Shown piece by piece: positions 60,700 to 64,000 of a stretch of 64,000 nucleotides of DNA (the first letter of the stretch is position 1; each line of letters opens with the position of its first letter). The translations under genes were made by a program, and so were the position numbers. Source of the stretch: Alphaproteobacteria bacterium (GTDB lineage Bacteria; Pseudomonadota; Alphaproteobacteria; SP197); the NCBI GenBank assembly GCA_964291265.2, contig OZ219747.1, positions 4,096,001-4,160,000 of the forward strand, written 5' to 3'. The notes below the pieces were generated by a model. It did not search any database, was not told the origin of the DNA, and saw nothing but the letters and a program-made list of their open reading frames with translations.

Positions 60700-62343
60700 C
60701 TATCTGCCGTAACCGATGGCCTCCTGATACTGCTTGAGAAGCTTGTCACGGCCGAGACGGTCCGTGATCTCCTCCCAGGTCGCAGCGGTATCGGAGAGAG
60801 CCTCCTGAGCCGTCTTCTGGCCGCTCATGGCAGCGGACAGGTTCTTGTCCATGATGTCCCAGTACTCGGGCGCACCCTCAATCCTGAGATAGGTGAGGGT
60901 CGTCGGTGCGGTGAAGTTGTCGTAGTAGGCCTGCGTGTACTCGGCGACATCTTCGGCATTCCAGCCAGCGGCCACGTAGTCCTCGATCTTCGCCTCACCC
61001 AGGGGCTCCAGAAACTGGTAGTAGTATCCCGGATCGACACCGGTCCAGCCGTGATACGCGCCCCAGTTCGACGACGGCTTGATCGCCATCAGCGAGAGGA
61101 ACGAGTAGGCGGCGTCCGGGTTCTCCGAGAACGCCGAGATCACGCCGTGCCATGAGCCGCCTGTGGTGTTGCCGACGCGTTGGGGATTGTCGGTCTCGAC
61201 CCAGGTCTCGTTCTCGTGATCCCAGTACTTGTCTGATGACGGCAGGATGGCCGAACCGCAGATGCCCTTGATCTTGGACCGCGACTCGTCCTGGCAGAGC
61301 GAGCCCACGTCGCCCCAGCTGAACACGAACACCGACTTGCCGCGCAGGAAGTAGTCCCAGGCCTCGCCGAGACTCCAGCCCACCTGCGCCTCGGGGCCCG
61401 TCAGGTGCAGCTCCTGCAGGAACTCGAGTGCGGCGACATGGCCGGGACTGTCGATCATCGGAGCCATGTCGGTGGGGTCGAACCAGTAGACGTTGTGGTG
61501 CTGGGTGACCGCCTCGCCCGGCGTCATGGCGAAGGACGCGGACAGCGACTGGAAGTGATAGTGCCCCTGCTCGCCCACCTTCAGGTGCAGCACGGTGCCG
61601 CTATCAGCCTCGTCGTCGTTGGCATCCCAGTTCTTTCCGTTGAAGTACTGCGAGATATCGAGGAGCTGCTGCCAGGTCTGCGGCGGGACAGGCATGTCGT
61701 AGCCCTTCTCTGCCTTGAACGCGGCTTGGTGCTCGGGATCGTTAAGCACGTCGCGCCGGTAATAGAGCACCTGGCCGTCGGCGTCGTTGAGCACGCCGTA
61801 GCCCACGTCTCCCCAAGTGTGCAGGGTCTTGAGCGAGTCCGGCATGGAATCATAGGTCCACTGCGGATGCTCGCCGCTCTCCATGTACTCCTCGATGGGA
61901 AGCATGTAATCGCCGGCGATCAGATCGCCGTAGAAGAAGGCCCCGACGATGATCCCGTCGTAGAGGCCGGTGCCCTGACGCAGGTCGAGCATCATCTTGG
62001 CGTAAAGGTCGGTGATCGGCGTGAGCGCGATCTCAAGCTTGCCGCCGGAGAGCTCCTCCCAGATCGGGCGGAAACTGAAGATCGGCCCCGAGATCCCGCC
62101 CCGCGGACCCGAATCGAGGGTGAGCACGGTGATCGTAGTGCCCTCGAACGGCGCTTCGCCGGGCCCGAAGAGGGTGCCAAGTTCATCCCGCGAGGTCTTG
62201 ATGACGGCGCCGTCCTCCATGATCAGGTCGACTGAACCATCGTCGTGCCACACGACGTGACTGTCTTGCGCCATTGCGTCTGCCGCGGTCAGTGCTGCGA
62301 GCGCCACACAGGCCGAGACCAAACCAGCTCGTAAGGCCTTCAT
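60700..62343 (-). CDS. Sugar ABC transporter substrate-binding protein
   Basis: Signal peptide ending AMA; DADGQVLYYRRD, PPQTWQQL, SWGDVG. Confidence 0.9.
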   Translation of the reverse strand: MKALRAGLVSACVALAALTAADAMAQDSHVVWHDDGSVDLIMEDGAVIKTSRDELGTLFGPGEAPFEGTTITVLTLDSGPRGGISGPIFSFRPIWEELSGGKLEIALTPITDLYAKMMLDLRQGTGLYDGIIVGAFFYGDLIAGDYMLPIEEYMESGEHPQWTYDSMPDSLKTLHTWGDVGYGVLNDADGQVLYYRRDVLNDPEHQAAFKAEKGYDMPVPPQTWQQLLDISQYFNGKNWDANDDEADSGTVLHLKVGEQGHYHFQSLSASFAMTPGEAVTQHHNVYWFDPTDMAPMIDSPGHVAALEFLQELHLTGPEAQVGWSLGEAWDYFLRGKSVFVFSWGDVGSLCQDESRSKIKGICGSAILPSSDKYWDHENETWVETDNPQRVGNTTGGSWHGVISAFSENPDAAYSFLSLMAIKPSSNWGAYHGWTGVDPGYYYQFLEPLGEAKIEDYVAAGWNAEDVAEYTQAYYDNFTAPTTLTYLRIEGAPEYWDIMDKNLSAAMSGQKTAQEALSDTAATWEEITDRLGRDKLLKQYQEAIGYGR

Positions 62344-62557
62344 CTCTCCATCCCCCCTTGTCGTGAACCGTCATCACCGCTTTCGCAGCGTGATCAGTGA
62401 ATATAGACGACGCGGCCGGCACGGTAAACCGATCAGGACTGTTTTCAGACACCCTGACCTTGCATGGCCGGGTCTTGTCCCCGTGAGCATGACGTCATCC
62501 ACGGCGGTTGGGGGCGGCAGGATGTGGACAACCCCGACTGTGGGAGAGAACCCGGTC

Positions 62558-62760
62558 CATGGTTGCAGGGAGATTCCGCTCCCCTGCTCGAGCAAGCACG
62601 GGGGAGCGGGGTGCGGGGATCGAACGATCTCCGCGGAGGTTGGTCGGACCGCTTGGGCCTTGGCCTTGCAGAGTTCGGGAATGCTGCCGACTTCGAGATG
62701 ACGGGCGTCGAGGTCTTCGACGGCCTGGTCAGGCAGGTGAAAGCCACGCTCGAGCGTCGA
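62558..62760 (+). mobile_element. Possible remnant of an IS110-family left end
   Basis: Structured non-coding tract followed by ATG MTGVEVFDGLVRQVKATLE, loosely like the IS110 N-terminus (FVGIDVSKATLD). Confidence 0.35.
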
Positions 62761-62769
62761 TGCGTCCTG

Positions 62770-63648
62770 TCAGGGATTTCTGACTTCGGCGCCGAAATCC
62801 TGCATGAGGGTGCGGCAGATGCGGCCTGGCTGGAAATGCAGGTCGCCGATCTGGCCGACCGGCGTGACCTCGGCAGCCGTGCCCGTGATGAAGACCTCAG
62901 TCGTCCGCGCCAGATCGTCGTCGGTGAGGTGGCGTTCGACGACCTCGATTCCCTGGCGGCGCGCCAGGGCGATCACTGAACGGCGGGTGATGCCGTCCAG
63001 AAAACAGTCGGGCGTCGGGGTGTGGATCTTGTCATCGATCACCAGGAACAGGTTGGCGCCGGTCGCTTCGGCCAGAAATCCTCGGTAATCGTACATCAGC
63101 GCATCGTCGTATCCCTCGCGCTCGGCCTTGTGCTTGGCAAGCGTGCAGATCATGTAGAGGCCGGCGGCCTTGGCGTGGACCGGCGCGGTATCGGGGGCCG
63201 GACGCCGCCATTCGGAAACGGCGAGGCGGATGCCGCGCATGCGCGCCTCCTCGGAGAAGTAGTTCGGCCACTTCCATGCGGCAATCGCCACGTGGATGGT
63301 GTTCTGCTGGGCCGACACACCCATCATCTCGCTGCCGCGCCAGGCCACCGGCCGCACGTAGCCATCGACGATACCGTTGGCGCGGAGCACCTCGTAGCGG
63401 GCTGCCTCCAGGGTCTCGAGCGAATACGGCAGGTCAAACCCCATGATGTTGGCGGAGCGCAGAAGACGCTTTCCATGCTCGCGCGCATGAAAGATCCTGC
63501 CGCCGTAGCAACGTTCGCCCTCGAATACGCTGCTCGCGTAGTGGAGTCCGTGGGTCAGGACATGGAGCCTGGCATCTCGCCAGTCGATCAGCCTTCCGTC
63601 GAACCAGATCGTGCCGTCCCTGTCATCGAACGGAATGAGTTCAGCCAT
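62770..63648 (-). CDS. ilvE: Branched-chain amino acid aminotransferase
   Basis: LTHGLHYASSVFEG, KAAGLY, EATGAN, LDGITR, TGTAAEVTP. Confidence 0.93.
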   Translation of the reverse strand: MAELIPFDDRDGTIWFDGRLIDWRDARLHVLTHGLHYASSVFEGERCYGGRIFHAREHGKRLLRSANIMGFDLPYSLETLEAARYEVLRANGIVDGYVRPVAWRGSEMMGVSAQQNTIHVAIAAWKWPNYFSEEARMRGIRLAVSEWRRPAPDTAPVHAKAAGLYMICTLAKHKAEREGYDDALMYDYRGFLAEATGANLFLVIDDKIHTPTPDCFLDGITRRSVIALARRQGIEVVERHLTDDDLARTTEVFITGTAAEVTPVGQIGDLHFQPGRICRTLMQDFGAEVRNP

Positions 63649-63720
63649 GGCTCCTCATGTTTCAGGAATATCCGGCCGCCTGTCGTGCAACCCCTTGCCC
63701 GGGTAGAACGGTTCATCATA

Positions 63721-63741
63721 TATGTCAATATGGCTGACATA
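63721..63741. promoter_or_regulatory. Palindromic operator candidate overlapping the MarR start codon
   Basis: TATGTCA-N7-TGACATA. Confidence 0.6.
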
Positions 63742-64000
63742 ACACGCGGATCGAATCCCCTGTTCCTGCGCGATGCCGACCTGCGCGAAGGGATCGAGAT
63801 GTTGTACTTTGCCTACCGCGACTTCACGGCCCGGCCCGATGCGATTCTCGCCGAACACGGTCTGGGGCGCGCCCATCACCGGGTCATCTACTTCGTCGGC
63901 CGTCACCCGGGAATGACCGTCAAGGACCTTCTCGCCATCCTGAAGATCACCAAGCAGAGTCTGGCGCGGGTGCTCCGCAAGGTCGTGGCCAAGGGATTCG
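63730..64000 (+). CDS. MarR-family regulator (PetP-like), partial
   Basis: MADITRGSNPLFLRDADLREGIEMLYFAYRDFT..PD.IL...GLGRAHHRVIYFV...PG.TV..LL.ILKITKQSLARVL; divergent from ilvE. Confidence 0.85.
   Translation, partial: MADITRGSNPLFLRDADLREGIEMLYFAYRDFTARPDAILAEHGLGRAHHRVIYFVGRHPGMTVKDLLAILKITKQSLARVLRKVVAKGF

Overview
GC-rich alphaproteobacterial chromosome segment. Ordinary catabolic and transport genes (GMC and FMN oxidoreductases, TPP enzyme, SDRs, acyl-CoA ligase, carnitine-dehydrogenase-like, class I aldolase, two sugar ABC systems, ilvE and a MarR regulator) are interrupted, downstream of a tRNA-Asn, by many mobile elements. Four elements can be delimited exactly by terminal inverted repeats (TIRs) plus target-site duplications (TSDs). 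(1) An IS66 (5755-8637) whose transposase is split by a 660-nt ORF-less group II intron; removing the intron restores the frame. (2) An IS4/IS50-like DUF4338-transposase fusion element (12673-15109), frameshifted by an 8-bp duplication. (3) An unclassified IS with a ~760-aa DDE-like transposase (27583-29997) abutting an ankyrin-repeat gene. (4) A 7.76-kb IS21-family transposon (48635-56391) carrying a Zn-finger gene, a Toprim/primase-like gene, a small coupled ORF and nested tandem duplications around a palindromic non-coding cassette; this is the best candidate for an undescribed system. Also present: an ATPase+Toprim-like candidate defence pair, a DUF2282/DUF692/DUF2063/DoxX (bufferin-type RiPP) cluster behind cysteine dioxygenase-rhodanese-cupin genes, a FitAB/VapBC toxin-antitoxin pair, and remnants of other elements. 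All family assignments come from motif recognition by eye, not database searches.
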